Below are positions 37,744 to 52,212 of a stretch of 64,000 bases of DNA, one piece after another. The position numbers and the translations under genes were made by a program. A model generated the notes under the pieces. The model ran no database searches and was not told the origin of the DNA. It saw only the letters and a list, made by a program, of their open reading frames with translations. How positions within the stretch are numbered: the stretch's first letter is position 1; each line of letters begins with the position of its first letter. This DNA is from Halocafeteria seosinensis (taxonomy: Eukaryota). Where the stretch lies: NCBI GenBank assembly GCA_001687465.1, contig LVLI01000063.1, forward strand, positions 1-64,000. The letters run 5' to 3'.

Positions 37744-40700
37744 ATGAGTGTGAGAACTCCGGGCAACGGCGAGCAACCGACGTCCTTGCAGACCCCGAGT
37801 AGCGTTCAACCAGGGTTTATTGAGGGCGATGGCTCCTATCCACAATGGGAGACGGAAACAGGTACAGATATAGAGTGGAATCAGAATGCACCCCACGAAG
37901 TGGAAAATGGAGAAGACCATGAGAAGCAGCAAACGGCTGTAGCAAACACAGGAACAAGAGAGAATCAACCTGTGAAAACGGCCTCCGCGTGGTTTTCTCC
38001 ACAGGAGGAAGAAGATGAGGAGAATGGGGAAACGAATGACTCTGTGCAAGAGAACAACAAAAGTAGTCCTAGCTCGTCTTCCAGCGGTCACTCATCTGAC
38101 GCCGTGGGACGAGTGTACGTGGACGTACACGCCGATACGTCACCAACCGAAAGTACTCCGTCGTACTCATTTCTGACGCCGCATGATAAACGAATGGCAT
38201 CGTCAGTAAAGCAGAAGGGGCAGTTTCGGTATGATGAAATCGAAGATGGTAATCAAAAAGATGACACAACCACGCAAAATGGACGTGCTTCATGGGTAGC
38301 ACAGTCTAGGCCTTCCAGCGGCCAAGTGGAGGCAACGATAGATTCAGAGCAACAGCAAGCCCAGCACTCTGTTGATGAGGCAAAGAAAAACATGAAGCAA
38401 ATGGAAGCTTGGAAAAACCAAAAGAGTGGGAACGATGAAAACACGGCAGCGCCGCAGTATTCATTGCACAAGAAAATGGATGAGAAAAGCTATATCCCGG
38501 TGGAGTTGGCTCAGGAGTATCTAAGAAGGGCAATGGAGGACATGCGGGCGATGAAACAACGTCACGTAGAAGCCATCCAAAACGTTGACAAGCACCACAA
38601 AGCCAAGATGAGCCGTTCACGTGAGGAGTTTGAAAAGGAGAAGCGTGACATAAGGAAACGCGCCGGAGAGCGAATACTTTTGTATCAGCAACGTTTGCAG
38701 CAAAAAGAATCTGAACTGAAGGAGCTTGAAGAATCAAGAGAGAAGAAGAGTGAGCAAGTACAGGAAGAGTGGTCGAACACATATGCAGAAATTCAAAATC
38801 GACTGCAGCAAAAGGAAGTCCATCTGAGAGAGAGGACGGGGATGCTCCAGGAGGAAATATTCAACTTGTTGCAGCTTCGCCAGCAACTTAACGAATCCGT
38901 TGAGCAATACCAATCAAATGCACAGTCCAGCAAAGAAAATGAAGAAAAATTTACGGAGGAACTTCAGAGGGTGTCCTTGGCAAGGAAGAGGCAAGTTTAT
39001 GCCCGTGAAGCACAGATCTCTTCCCAGGAGAGCGAGCTTCAATACTGGAGGTTGACAGCCCAAGTGCTGCAGGAAAATATGGAGGACCACCTCGAACAGC
39101 CCTCATCGGAAGGTGCTGGCCCTAGCATGAAAGTGGAAGAAGAGAAAAGAGAAATTTCAGCTTTGGAAGAGAGGGCTAAGGACGCGGAGCGAGAATGCGA
39201 AAGATTGAAGGCTCAGAAAGCTGCGCCGAAAGAAGACGGTGAGCAGAACAAAGTCGCCAACAATTTTTCGTATATTGAAGGCCTCCTTCAAATTACTCCT
39301 GGAGATATACCGAAGCTTTCTGAAGAGGTGGAAAGATGTGAGAAGATGCTGGCAATGTCGAAGTCGGAGTTGGATTCCGTCCAGACTGAATACAATAACG
39401 CACACGACGAGTACAAGTCGGTGAAACATGAAATAAAGGATTGGATTGCCGAATATGAAAGTGAACACGGTGTCAAACCTGACAAGGATGCAAAAAAGGC
39501 GATCAAAGACAAGTATCGACGATACGAGACTCTCCAACAGCAAGTTCATGAGAAACCTGACCAGGTTCAGGAAGCCAAGCAGCGGGTAGAGGATGCTGAT
39601 GCTGAACTCCGCATCGCAAAACAACGACTACACTTAGCCCAAGAACTGGCATCTATAAAACCAGATGGTCCGTCGGTTCAGGCAGAAGACGAGGAGGTCA
39701 ATGTGGCCTCGAAACCGGAGGTATCTGAACTACCTACAGCTGAAGACAGAGGTGAGAGCGGTGTGGCGGAAGACAGTCCAAATACCCAAGCATTATGGCA
39801 GGAGAAGGAGAGACTTGAAGATGATGTAGCTCGTTATGAAGAAAGAATCGCCGAACTTGAATCGGAACTCGAATCTATGACACTCCAGCGAGATCTTGCG
39901 AAGGCTCAGATAACAAAGAAACAAAAGGAACCTTCTAAGAACGAAGAAGAGCAGCAGCAGCAGGCCAACTCCGATATTGAATCTATCGTCCAAAAACTGA
40001 AAAGGCTGCTGGATAAAGCAAGAGACGCCATTGATAGGGGCGCATCACTGTGGAGGGAGGAAAAGAAGCGCGATGCTTTGCACTTGTATCAGCGGGTAGT
40101 ATCAGAGGTAGTCGATGAGCTTGGTGACGAGCAAGCGTTTGCTCGAATGAAGGATGAACTGAATTCCTCCGTGGATGAAGCAAACGGAATATTGTCCTCG
40201 TCACCTGGTAAGGCTGCTGTGATATTGCGCCAAGGGCTGGATGAATTCGTAAAGATGACGAACAATGCATTAGACCAAACGGACGAAGAGCCTGCTGATA
40301 CAGGTGAAGATGCACTGCAGCAGAAGGTCCAGGAATTGGAATCACGCTTACAGCAGTTTCAATCTTCAAACGAAACGAAGTCTGAGGGAAAGACTCAGGA
40401 GGTGAGCAAATGGCGCCGAAGAGCTCTCAACGCTGAAAAGACGAATGATAACCTGAACAGTAAAATAAAAGAACTAGAAAAAACGAAGGAGAACCTTGAG
40501 AGTAAAATCAAGCAACTGGAACGTCAGCCTGCCTCCTCTTCGGAGAAACCGAGCAAGGGAAAACAACAGGTGGGTGCGTCAAATACTAGGGACAAGGAAA
40601 AAATTGATCAGCTTCAGAACAACCTGAAGGAGTTGAGGCAAAAACTCAAGGATGCCGAAAGTCGAGCCAACGACAATCAAATGGCTTCGCAGCTCAAGGA

Positions 40701-42328
40701 AGCTCAAAAAGCTCAATCCCAAGCGGAGAAGAAGCTGGAAATGGCTGAAAAGAAAGCCAAAAAGGAGCAAGAAGAATTAAAGAAAGAAAAGGATTTAGAG
40801 ATTACCAAAGTCCAGAAAAAACTAGAAAGAACTGAAAAGACTCTAAGTGAAACCGAGGAGCAAGTGTCACAGTTGACGAAAGAGAAGAACGACCTCAAGG
40901 TTAAGGTAAACAATTTGGACTCTGCTGAAAAAGAACTAGAAACACTAAGAGAGAAGGCAGAGGAGGCGAAGAAAGTACAACAGGAATTAGATGAATTAAA
41001 GAAGGAGCATGAAGAAATCAGCAATGCTTACAGGGAAGAGCAGCTCCTTCGAAAGAAATACTGGAATATGATGGAAGACATGAAGGGTAAGATTCGCGTT
41101 TACTGTCGATCGCGCCCGCTTAGCAACAGCGAAATTGGGAGGTACGTTACTTGTATGCTGTAATGCACCAAGCAACATTCGCGGCTCACCCGCTTTCTAT
41201 TGCATATGCAGGGGCAACTATTCTGTGGTTAAAATTCCTGACTCTTGCACTGTCGACATTGAGACACAGCGTGGCCCGAAAGAGTTCGTTTATGATTCCG
41301 TTTTTGGTGAAGAGACCACTCAAGCCAACGTGTTCGAGGAGTCAGAAAACTTGGTCCAGTCGGCATTTGATGGATACAACGTTTGCATATTCGCTTATGG
41401 GCAAACTGGATCCGGGAAAACATTCACTATGTTAGGCAATGAACAATACCCTGGTATAGCTCCTCGCGCAGTACAGCGCTTATTTGAGCTCATCGAAGAG
41501 AATAAGAAGATGATCTCTACTAAAGTTTCCGTTTACATGGTTGAATTATACAATGACCAATTCCAGGATCTTCTGTGGAGAGCAGACAATCTAAAGGCAA
41601 AGCAATCGGATGCGCCTAGGCTAGAAATTAAGAAAGACAAGAACGGCATGGTACTGATTAAGGGTTCACAGATGAAGTCTGCAGAGTCCGCCGACGAAGT
41701 AATGAATATTTTCCACTCAGGCAACACTTCCCGAGCAACCAGTTCAACGAGCATGAATGATGAATCTTCACGGTCGCATTTAATCTTTGCAATAATGCTG
41801 GAAGCATACAACAGAAAAACAGGGAAGACATCAATTGGCAAGTTATCACTGGTTGACCTTGCAGGATCGGAGCGACAGTCGAAGACTGGTGCAACGAAAG
41901 AAAGGTTTAAGGAGGCACAAAGTATTAACTTGTCGCTGTCAGCATTGGGCAACGTAATATCCCAGTTGTCAAACGGGGAAAAGTTTATTCGTTACAGGGA
42001 CAACAAGTTAACTCAGCTGATGCAGGACTCGATCGGGGGAAATGCAAAGACCCTGATGTTTGTCAATATATCTCCCGCAGATTACAATCGAGAAGAAACG
42101 TTGACTTCTCTTAGATATGCTTCCCGCGTTAAGATGATAACGAATAATGCATCGAAGCAACAAGAAAGTGAAGAGGTGAATCGGCTACAAAAATGTGTCG
42201 ATAAACTGAAGGAGCACTTCGGACCCGAGGCAGAAAAAGTAATTGCTGACATAGACCAAGAGACCTCGGCTGAGCCCTCGGGTGCTCCCGATGAAAGGGA
42301 AGATAACGAGATTGAGGCCACAGAATAG
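37744..42328 (+). CDS. Kinesin-14 (C-terminal motor, KCBP-like) with long coiled-coil stalk; one intron about 41143-41211
   Basis: EDMKGKIRVYCR, YGQTGSGKT, SSRSH, LVDLAGSE, YRDNKLT. Confidence 0.93.
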
Positions 42329-42784
42329 CGTGGCTCAGCACGGTGGCTGCACACATTAAAACACAAGGAGACAATGCATGTCTTGTCACAAAGTGTACAT
42401 CGTCACTTGCAACGCAGATCCCACGTCCTCTGCATAGTCAGTGGCCACCACCGCACCAAGAGGTCCAACGTCCCGAAAGACTGGTGAACCAAGAAGTCCT
42501 TTAGCAGGCGCCGGTGGGAGATAGTGCGCACAGGGAGTTGTGCTGGCTGACGCAGCGTGTCTCATCTAGGCTAGCGTTGTAAACTAGGGACATTGTAGGT
42601 GCTCTGCTTCCACCTTCGTGGCTGCACAGCTTCTTAGAATTTCTCTCGTACAACCCGTAGTGTAACTCCACGACTCGCGGACCACGATCCAAGATGTTCA
42701 CCCTACTACTCACATAGATTTAACGGTACTTGATTTGTTGCACAATCGAGCTCCATGAATAATAGTTTTTTATTCTTTCTACTC

Positions 42785-44506
42785 ATGAATATGTCCTCAT
42801 CTTCATCATGCTGCAAGAAAAGGTCAACCGTGGACCAAACCCGTGCTGATCCTCCGTCTAAGCCCTTCCAGCCGCCGAAAGAGGGCTTTTACAGACGTGA
42901 ATTGCCGCCAACATGCACGGCATTCGATAGCACACGTGCGTACACATGTAAACTGCACTGGGGCAAACCAAATGAATTAACTCCCTATCTGTATATGGTC
43001 TGCAGAAGGCCGGCAACTCTTCGCCGAAGCCATGCTTGAAGGATACATGGAGGTGAGTATGATGCCATGGCGCTATACGACAGCATGAAGATGTCAACGA
43101 GCTTGGCTCAACTTTTCTTATGGCAGGTTTACTTCCCATTGGCGGCGCAATTTCGAACGCAAGATGAACCAGCATATTGTGGCCTGACAACCCTCGTAGT
43201 GGCCTTGAACGCGCTTAGTGTAGATCCTCGAAGGAAATGGAAAGGTGTTTGGAGGTGGTACGCTGAGGATCATCTTGACTGCTGCTTATCTTTGGACTTG
43301 GTAAAAAGTGAAGGAATTAACATGGAGGAATTTGCATGTCTTGGTAGATGCAATTCTCTTTCAGTCAATGTTACCACGATTACACCTCCAGTGGAAGTGA
43401 GTCCTCATCAAGGTTACGATAGTGACGGTCAATGGGACCCTTCAGCGTTTGAAGCAAGCTTAGAACAGAAGGAAAAGGAGAAGCTCTTAGATTTCCGCCG
43501 TACTGTGCAGACGATCTGTAAGGATTGCCATTCCGCGGACAGCGCTGAATCTACTCACAACAGACTTCTTATAGTAAATTATTCCAGGATAGTTTTGAAA
43601 CAAACGGGAGACGGTCACTTCTCCCCGATAGCCGGATATCATTCCTCAACCGACCAGGTTTTGATCCTTGATACTGCTCGTTTCAAATACCCACCACACT
43701 GGGCCCCGCTTACGCTTGTATTCAATGCCATGAGGCGCAGTGATTCTGCCGGCAACAATAGAGGATATGCCATCTTATCTCGACTGTGTTCAGCGCCCTT
43801 GATGCTTTTCGAATTGAATGTCTGGTCCAAGAGTCCGAGCGTTGCAGATCAAACACCGGAAACTCAGTCAAGCTCGTGCTATTTTTTCCGAGACGAGGGA
43901 GCAAATAAGAGTTCCCAATGCTCTGTCCAATATTTTAGGGATAACCTGTTCCCGTCCTTCCATGCTGCCGACGAGGCATTGCAGACTCTGAGTGAAACAG
44001 AATCTCCGGAGAATATAACATTTGAGGAAGCTGTCAACGCATTCACTGAGGCATACTGCAGAAGTTCTAAGAATTTCGGCCAGCTAGATGTTAACGTCCT
44101 CAGTGAATTGTCATCTTCACGGTGTATAGATCAAATTAGCCAGGAGCATGCCAGGTCTGCCTCGCAGCTCCTGTCCCAGCTGGAGAGTTCCAGTGTGTAT
44201 AGGCACATTGCTAGCTTGGTTGCCCAGGAACAGACGTATTGCGAGATGGACAAAGAAAAATGTTGCATTATGGGGAATGGAAACGCAATTCAGGTGAAGC
44301 GACTTCACTCAGTTACCATGTTTTTATTTGCTTGGGCTCTGAGTTTCTACGGGAATTCTAATACCGAGCACAATACGGCGAAGAAACTCCTTGTCGCTAA
44401 AATACAAGAGGAGATAGAGCAAGGTCAATTTTCTCTCCTCCTTAACGAATCTAAAGAGTTGGCTGGGCAAATTGATGGGCTTTGTGGGGATAGGGTGACC
44501 CATTGA
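42785..44506 (+). CDS. PCS: Phytochelatin synthase, two 5' introns
   Basis: FYRRELP, QFRTQDEPAYCG (Cys), GHFSP (His), LILDTARFKYPPHW (Asp) catalytic triad; Cys-rich C-terminal part. Confidence 0.95.
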
Positions 44507-44912
44507 GGCTTCGACTAAAACTGTATAACATGAGACGTTGGGGACAAGTTTTCAGTCTGTTTAAGAGTGTCCGTTGTTTACAGAGTATCTTGTAATGTTC
44601 AATGACACTGTTCGTATTAATCGGGAGTAAACTGGATTTGGATTCCCATTGCAAACAAATTCATGAATTTTCTCATGTTTGCCGGAAATTGTGTATCGCC
44701 TCAGTGTGGCCGTCGGACTTACTTAGACTAGCCACTTTGTGTCACTTGATCACTTAGTGACTTGACTCTCTACCCCGTGGGGTCCCCGCATTTGAATTGT
44801 ATTTGAATTCTGGGCAGTCAACTTCAATCTACTACCAATACCATATATATATAAGCCTGTAGTGGAAGATATTGTATAGAATAGCAAATGAAACACCATA
44901 TGTAATTGACGT

Positions 44913-47417
44913 ATGAAAGCAAGGAGACAAAGTAGTAGCGTGAGAACATCTTTAGAGGGTCTAAAGATGGCAATGGAGGAAGCCTCTTCAACCTCCTCGT
45001 GGGGAAAAATGGAGGTTAGATACGAACATCCTCATCAAAAGGCGCTTAAGAGGAACAAGGCTGAATTTGAGAAGCACAAAAAGGAAGTACAGACGCAAAG
45101 AAAGCGGCTGAGGAAAAGGCAGAATACGCCTACGGGGAACTCGAGAAGCTCCAGCGAGGATGAGAACGGGGCGCGCAGCACCAAACAAACCCCTGAAAAG
45201 GGCCACGCGCCTGAGAATCGTACTCCACAGAGCTGTGACGTGGAGAACTTGACAGGAGTGAAAGTTGGAAAAATACTCGAAAAATTCCCGCGCCAACATG
45301 AAGCCTTTAAACGCTATGATGAGCTATGTTTTAAGTTTTGGTCAAGTTGCATTATCAAACAGTACCAACAGAAAATAACCATTCCAGGATTGCATATTCC
45401 GCCTTTGGAGGATCAGTGTCAAAACGGTGGCACTCCGCAGCTTGAGGCGTTCATCAAGCAAATAAGCACGTCTGCCAGGGAAACTATGGAGAGTTGGCTG
45501 CCTCGAGTCAGACTGCCCATTCCACCATATAAGATTATGAGTGAGGAGCTGAGCACCTCAGGTAACGTCACAAGCTCACTATCCGCCCGTCTAAACACTC
45601 ATATTTACGAAATTCCACTATTTTACTATTTGATGCAGGCAGAAGAAATTTTAGCGTCGGTACGACTGATGAACTTTGGAGACTCTTCCAAAAGCCGCAT
45701 CCAACACCTAATCATATATACGAAATAGTTCGCGAGGACACTCCTGTGCACTTGTATTTTGATGTGGAATTTCCACGGGATCCGTCTACAGGGATGAATA
45801 TGGACCTTAACGAAGAGGAACTACTGGACTCATTTATTGCGCGAGTGCGTTCTCACTTGTCTGTAAGTAAATGTATAAGGTTGAGCAATCTTTCGGTTTA
45901 AATCAATGCGCTCACTGTGGAAAGCTCAGACACTGTTTGGAATCCTATTTGACCGTTCTCATGTCTTAGATCTTGACTCATCTACTGTGAAGAAGTTCTC
46001 CCGCCACCTGATTGTCCGACTCTCTTCTAGCTCTAAGTTCCGTGATCACCAGCATGCTGGAGAGGTTAGTGTAAAAGTTGCATGTGGCAAAGATATCCTG
46101 CACTTCTCACTCTTAGGTTTGCAGTTTCTACTAACTCTCGTTGCTGACATAATATCCGAAGATAAGAAAGATGATTGTGGATTTTGGGTCACTGATGATG
46201 AAGGGATCAGTACCCTGTTGACGGACGTTGGAGTGTACACGAGGAACCGCGCGATGCGAACTTATTTATCTTGCAAACTGGGGAAAACCCATCCTCTATA
46301 TCCTGCGGAAGCTAATCAATTTAACCCTTTACCTCAATCGATGGTCACAGTTTGTACCGTGGATCGAATGACAGGGAAGATTGTGTCGGATGACTCATGT
46401 AGATTCCAGGATATTCAAAGAATACAGGTCGGGGATACTGAGTGGGAGAGGAGAATTTGGTTGAATAGCTTGATTACCGATACGCTTCCCCCGTTGCATC
46501 TGGTGCTTCAGTACTTTGATCGCATGTTCCAAATAGGCGCCGTTCCTGTCTCAGCGGGAACGGGTGGTCCTTCTGCAGAGAAGAGATTGGCAACGGAAGA
46601 TTTCGAGACGTTCCATCCAAGTTGTCACCCATGCGGAGGCGCTCTTTTGTACATGTTTCCCCCCAAGTCTGGCCGCTTTACTCAAACTCCTTCCCTAGTG
46701 TCCACCTGGCAGCCTCCCTCATTATTTGCTAGACTCTTTGACGATTCTTCGAGAAATATTCGCACCGGTATAGCGGGAAGATATAAAAGACTGGTATACG
46801 GAGAAAACAGTAAAGAGAATGTAAGTAGTCACCCGGAGTCTTCGGAATATCAAGAAATTTGGGTAAATCCTAGCGGCAGTAGCTCCTCTAAGACTGAAGA
46901 CGTGCATTTGCAACGTGCATGTACCTACATTGGCACGGTCGTGGGTCACTCCGTCGACAATTTTCCCTTTCCAAGCTTGGCAGAGTATATCAAGCTACTC
47001 GCTAGTAAGGGAAACAAACAAGCGTTTGTAAGAAAATGGGAAGGATGCTTAATGGAGGCCCGGTTTAAGCCCATACATCAAGGTAGCGGATCTCCTCTCA
47101 GGATACTGCGTAAAGAAGTCTATACAAAGTTTATGTTCCATATTATTGGAAACAGATGGTGTGAGAGGATCGGACGTTTCCATAAAAGCAACCATGTTGC
47201 TTACGTAGTAGATATGCTAAGGGGAACAACGTATCAAACTTGTTTCGACCCAGATTGTGCGGGCTTTCGAAGCAGGACTTTCACTATCCCCCGGCAGTGC
47301 CTACCGGACCAATCTCCAGAAAACATGACGCTTGATACTGACAGCGCGGACCGAGACGAGGTAGTAGATCCATCTCTGCTTACAGACCAGCAACTGAAGG
47401 AACTCAATATACCCTAG
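44913..47417 (+). CDS. PRIMPOL: DNA primase-polymerase PrimPol, spliced
   Basis: HIYEIV...HLYFDVEF (DxE), KFSRHLI (SxH), D.GVYTRNR, zinc finger RWCERIGRFHKSN..CFDPDC. Confidence 0.92.
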
Positions 47418-47455
47418 CGCGACTACCAGTCACTCGACAGCCTGAATGAACGAAC

Positions 47456-48319
47456 TTAAGAGAAGGTTCCCCCAAGATATGGCGTGGCATTCTCATAAAA
47501 TTCGGCTTTCTTCAGTTTCTTTTTCTCTCGGTAATTCAGTTTTCTCTTATTGTGTGTAAGCTTTTGCTCAACGTACGCCTTAATGTTCACAGTTTCTTCG
47601 TCAGTTGTAGCAGAGGCCTCTTGTTCAATAGCGACATCGCCATCATCCTCCTGTATCTTCAGTGGATCCTTGTCTTTCAGTGGATTATCGCCAACGGATT
47701 TTTCTTCGCGTTCCTTCTGTTCAGCCAAGCCCGCCGAATCGTCCATGACAAGCGTAGAGTACTTTGTCATTCTCCTTTCTCTAACCAACGAATCCACACC
47801 ATCAGGTGGTACAGACAATTCCCTCACTTGTTCGTTCAGGTCACTTTCATCAATATTCAAATCACGGCGTGTGGCTGGTTTATACTCCCCTTTTAAGGCA
47901 CTTTGTAGCATATTCAGCGAGTGGTTCGGTCGATCCACTGCAAGTTCACGGAGTGCATGTCAAGCACCTCCTTCAACAGGCGGCTAGGACTGCAGTTCAA
48001 CGTACCTGGTTCATTATTTAAAGCTTTCCTGAGACGATGATTCGTCTTCTGTATATCCCTTTCGGCCTGTATTGAGCAAAATAGAGACATAATCCATGAC
48101 GGACGGTACTCGGTGTCAGTCGCAGGTCTTGGCGTTCGTACTCCTATCGATACACGCACTCTCACCATGGTAATGAGAGTTATGTAACTAGGTTCCATTA
48201 CAAATTCATACGTGAGATATGCCTAAGTAAATACATATACGTACTTGTATAGCGCCCCTCGTCTTACGCTTGACGGAGCGGTTGCGCTTCACCTTTTTGT
48301 TTCTCACGCCTCTCGCCAT
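47456..48319 (-). CDS. Small basic, probably nucleolar protein (LLPH/DUF2423-like N-terminus), spliced
   Basis: MARGVRNKKVKRNRSVKR start and Lys-rich C-terminus; GT-AG junctions link ORF pieces. Confidence 0.5.
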
Positions 48320-48667
48320 TATGTCCCCTTTATCACCACTTCTTTTTGAATTTACACAATCAATATCGATCAAAAAAATGATATCATATCTCCTCAAATG
48401 CCTGATAACACGCTAATGAAGGGATTCAGGTAAGTTGAAGTTGGACCCAGCATGGTTGAAGTGTGCTTCAACTTGGTCACACTTTGTCAAAAAGTACTAC
48501 CGCAGAAACATTAATCAAGAAGACTAGTGAGCTCCGTTCTGTTATGGCTGATGAATCAAAAAAATTGGACTGGACAGGTTGTTGAGCGTTGTCAAGGATG
48601 TTGTAGTTCGTTCCTTGAAAGTCTGGCTGTGCCCGAAGCATCGAAACCGTACGAAGTACAATGTAGA

Positions 48668-49585
48668 ATGAAAACAAAAATGGAAGGTAGTTCCGTTGCT
48701 CTCGAAATCGGTGTCGACCAAAGCATTACGACACTTGCAAATTTCGAGGAGATCGAAGAGAAGGGACGAATAGTTGACCAACTAATCAATGAGCGACTAC
48801 AATTGTAAACAAGTGTACATATATTGCATTCTCGTTTAACGAAATAGAAAATGTTTCAGCAGAGGACCTTTTTGTGCTCCGCGATTCATGGTAAGAGCGA
48901 CGACACAATCTGTTCTGCGATATCTATCACGCAAATACACAAAATGTACAGGAATATCAGGGAAAGTGGTTCACGATCGACGATGACGGTAATTTGGATG
49001 GTCCTTCCGAAAGCAATTTGGCGGCATAAATAACAGCAAAACGTTATTCAAAATCTAAAATAGAACCAGCTTGTGCAACATATGCAGTAAAAGTGACCGA
49101 ACCATGGGAACACTTTGCCAGAAGCCGCTCAACTACCGCCTCTACCCCAGCCTCTTGTAGTCAATGCACTGGGTCAAGAATTCAACGATTTTTCGGCGGA
49201 TGGTGATCCCCGAAGGTGGATACCAACAACTAGAATGAAGACGATTGCAGAACAGGAATGTCGTTTTGTGGCCATCTATGATACTGGATACCCGCGTTTA
49301 AGCCGAGTCGGCCTTTTTATACTGCTACGGAGGTCCGCATCTAGACAATTGGATATTCGAGACTCCAGACAACTAGTTATTGTACTTAACACATGTGTCA
49401 TGATTCTGCTTGTAACCCTGATCGTGAGCAATGCCGATTTTTGCTTAAGCTTAATGCTATGTACCAATAACTGCAGTGAACCATTCGATGTTTCACCCCA
49501 TCGAGACCACAGTAGGTGTGTTTGGAGCATCAATCCTACCTCAATGGAGATTCATATCAATTGGCATTTCGTCATACGTCGATGA
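48668..49585 (+). pseudogene. Possible decayed or hypothetical spliced gene fragment
   Basis: Short coding-like segments with plausible introns (gtaaac..cag, gtaaga..cag), but stops interrupt every join tried. Confidence 0.25.
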
Positions 49586-49652
49586 ATGCAACTGTGCCAC
49601 AGTTGTACTGAAGGATTAGTTAAGTTACCACCGGTAGCTGGATGACTTGATA

Positions 49653-50715
49653 TCATTCATACTTCCTATCGTATCCAGGCAAATATGAGACGTGTGCTGG
49701 TCGCAGTAACCCTAATTCTGCTAGAAAATGACGAACATTGCCCGGAATGCCTTGGACCGCTTCACACAACCCTGAAATGAACGAAGGAAACGAAATGTAT
49801 GGCAAGTTGTACCTCAACCCGTTACGAATCTTTAGTGCTGCGTCGCCAGTACGCATTTTGAAAGGCATGGGATCAGAGCTCACATCTGTCATTGCACTCT
49901 CTACAAATCCTGGACAGACAACACTGACTCCTACGTTCTCGGCCGACAATTCTGCTCTCAAACCCTCGGCCCAAACGCGTATTGCAGTTTTGGTGCTCCC
50001 ATACACGGAATGCCCTTCAAGGGGCGAAAGAAATGACCCTACAGATGATATGACACAAACTTGCCCATGTTTTCTCCTCCGCATAAAGGGCAACGTCGGC
50101 AGTACTGTGTTAAAGACGCCATCCACATTGATGGAGTATAACGTCCGTGTAGAATCTTCAAACGAACTATATGTCATAGCTGAAAGCTCTGAGACCCCAG
50201 CATTGGCTACAACCAAGTCAATGGGCGAAGTTTGCTCCACCTCATTTATCCATTCTGCCACAGCGGATTTGTCGGTGACGTCTAGCACTTTTGCAAGAAC
50301 CTGCGCACCTTTGGCTTCGCAAGCCATTGCCACATTGCTTAGTCGTTCTTGGCTTCGGCCAGAGATACCTAAGACAACGCCCTGAATTAGAATACATCTA
50401 AAGTTACAACTGATAACTCTTTATAAGCCGCACCATAACTCACCATGTCAGCATAGTCTAAAGCCAGTCGCTCGCCAATTCCACTTGTCGCTCCTGTAAT
50501 CACTATACACTGCACCAACGGCATTCAAAGATCCCTACGTAAGATGTCGGTAAACAGAGCACTCATCGTACCTTTGGTGCCGGTCGTTTTCCTTTCAGGA
50601 GCACTACAATAGGATATACTAAACCGGCAATCCACTCGATTGGATTGAGTAGAGCTCGAAAAATCTGGAATACGATCGCCTGGATCCAAAGATCTGGGCC
50701 CACTCCTAATTGCAT
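49653..50715 (-). CDS. Short-chain dehydrogenase/reductase with N-terminal membrane anchor
   Basis: VITGATSGIG, ANAG, YGSTK, CPGFVES; two introns. Confidence 0.92.
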
Positions 50716-51131
50716 TGTTTGTCTTCTTGGAAAGTTGAATATAACTGGAATATAAGGCAAAAGCCCCTTTCAATTTTTATTTTTTTTGAATTGTGCTATC
50801 AACACACTGGACATCGCGGAATGCATGCATGGGGAGTCCATTGGGGACTTCAAAGTTCAGGCGAGGATCGCGTAAGCGACGCTGGGCGTCATGGAGAAGA
50901 ACTATTAAGTTATGAGACGTAAAGTGTCACATAAAGGCCTGTACACATAACTTGACCGTATAGTCATTTCTCCCATCCTTACATCATTAGCTGAATTTGA
51001 ATTCCCGACCATCGGGATTTTGTTAACTTTGCTAGCACCAATAAGCTACCGAAGCTATAATTGATGTCTTATTATTTACTTTCAAGTTTTGAAACAACGA
51101 ATTGCCTCATGCAGCATCTTCGAGGAGGGCA

Positions 51132-52212
51132 TTACTCTTGGGAAGCGCTTCTCTTCCGGCGATAGGAAAGAGACAATGACTTGAGCAACCCTTGCTCAGT
51201 CATCCAATGCTTAATATTTCCAGGCATGCTTTGTACGCCTTCGCATATGCCAGTGAGCAGAGACGGGAAGCAAATATATGCCAAATTGTACTCAATCCCT
51301 TCGCGTATTTTGGCACTAGCTTCTTCTGATGAAAGTTTCAATGGCATGTGGAAGCGGTTCGCAGCCGTCATTCGGCTCTCAACGTATCCTGGGCATACGA
51401 CGCTTACTCCAATATTATCTGCGGCCAGTTCAGCGCGAAGGCCTTCGGCCCACTGACGAACTGCGACCTTAGTAGATGAATACACCGAAGAATTAGCCAG
51501 AGGACACATGAACGAGGCTGATGAAGAGACGACACAAATATGCTGTCTAGCACCTGCACTATGTCCTCTTCTTCGCATTAGTGGAATCACGGGCAACACT
51601 GTATTGAAAACACCCATAACATTAACGTCAAACAGCTTCCTGGTTGACTCTTCAATAGTCTTGGTTTGAGCCGTAGTCTCAGTAACTCCAGCGTTCGCGA
51701 TGAGGATGTCAATAGGCAGCTTTTCATCAACCTCATTCACGAACGACTCCATCGCCTCTCGGTCTGTCACATCTACAACTTTAGTCATGACTCTCGCACC
51801 ATGTTGTTCACAGGCTTTGGCAACATCATGGAGCCTGTTCTTGTCTCGTCCAGTAAGTGCCAGCAGCAATCCCTGGAGGTTCAAGGTTCGAGCAATATTA
51901 GCACAGTGACAAACAAAACACTGAAAGCGATGACACTTACAGATTTAGCGTAGTCCAATGCCAGCCTCTCGCCGATCCCACTGGATGCTCCCGTGATCAA
52001 AATACACTGCACAACAGGGTAGCTTGGAATTCAGAACAGGATATCCTCCAAGCGCTGCTCTCCTCTGATCATACCTTTGGCTCAGGTGACTTTCCACTGA
52101 CCAGCACTTTGAATGGATACAACAGTGACATGAAGAAAGTGATAGGCGCAAGGATGAGGCGTGTGAAAAAATACACCAGATTATGCGTGAATGCGTCCAG
52201 AATCGCACCCAT
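51132..52212 (-). CDS. Short-chain dehydrogenase/reductase, tandem paralog
   Basis: LITGASSGIG, ANAG, YSSTK, CPGYVES; same intron positions as its neighbour. Confidence 0.92.
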
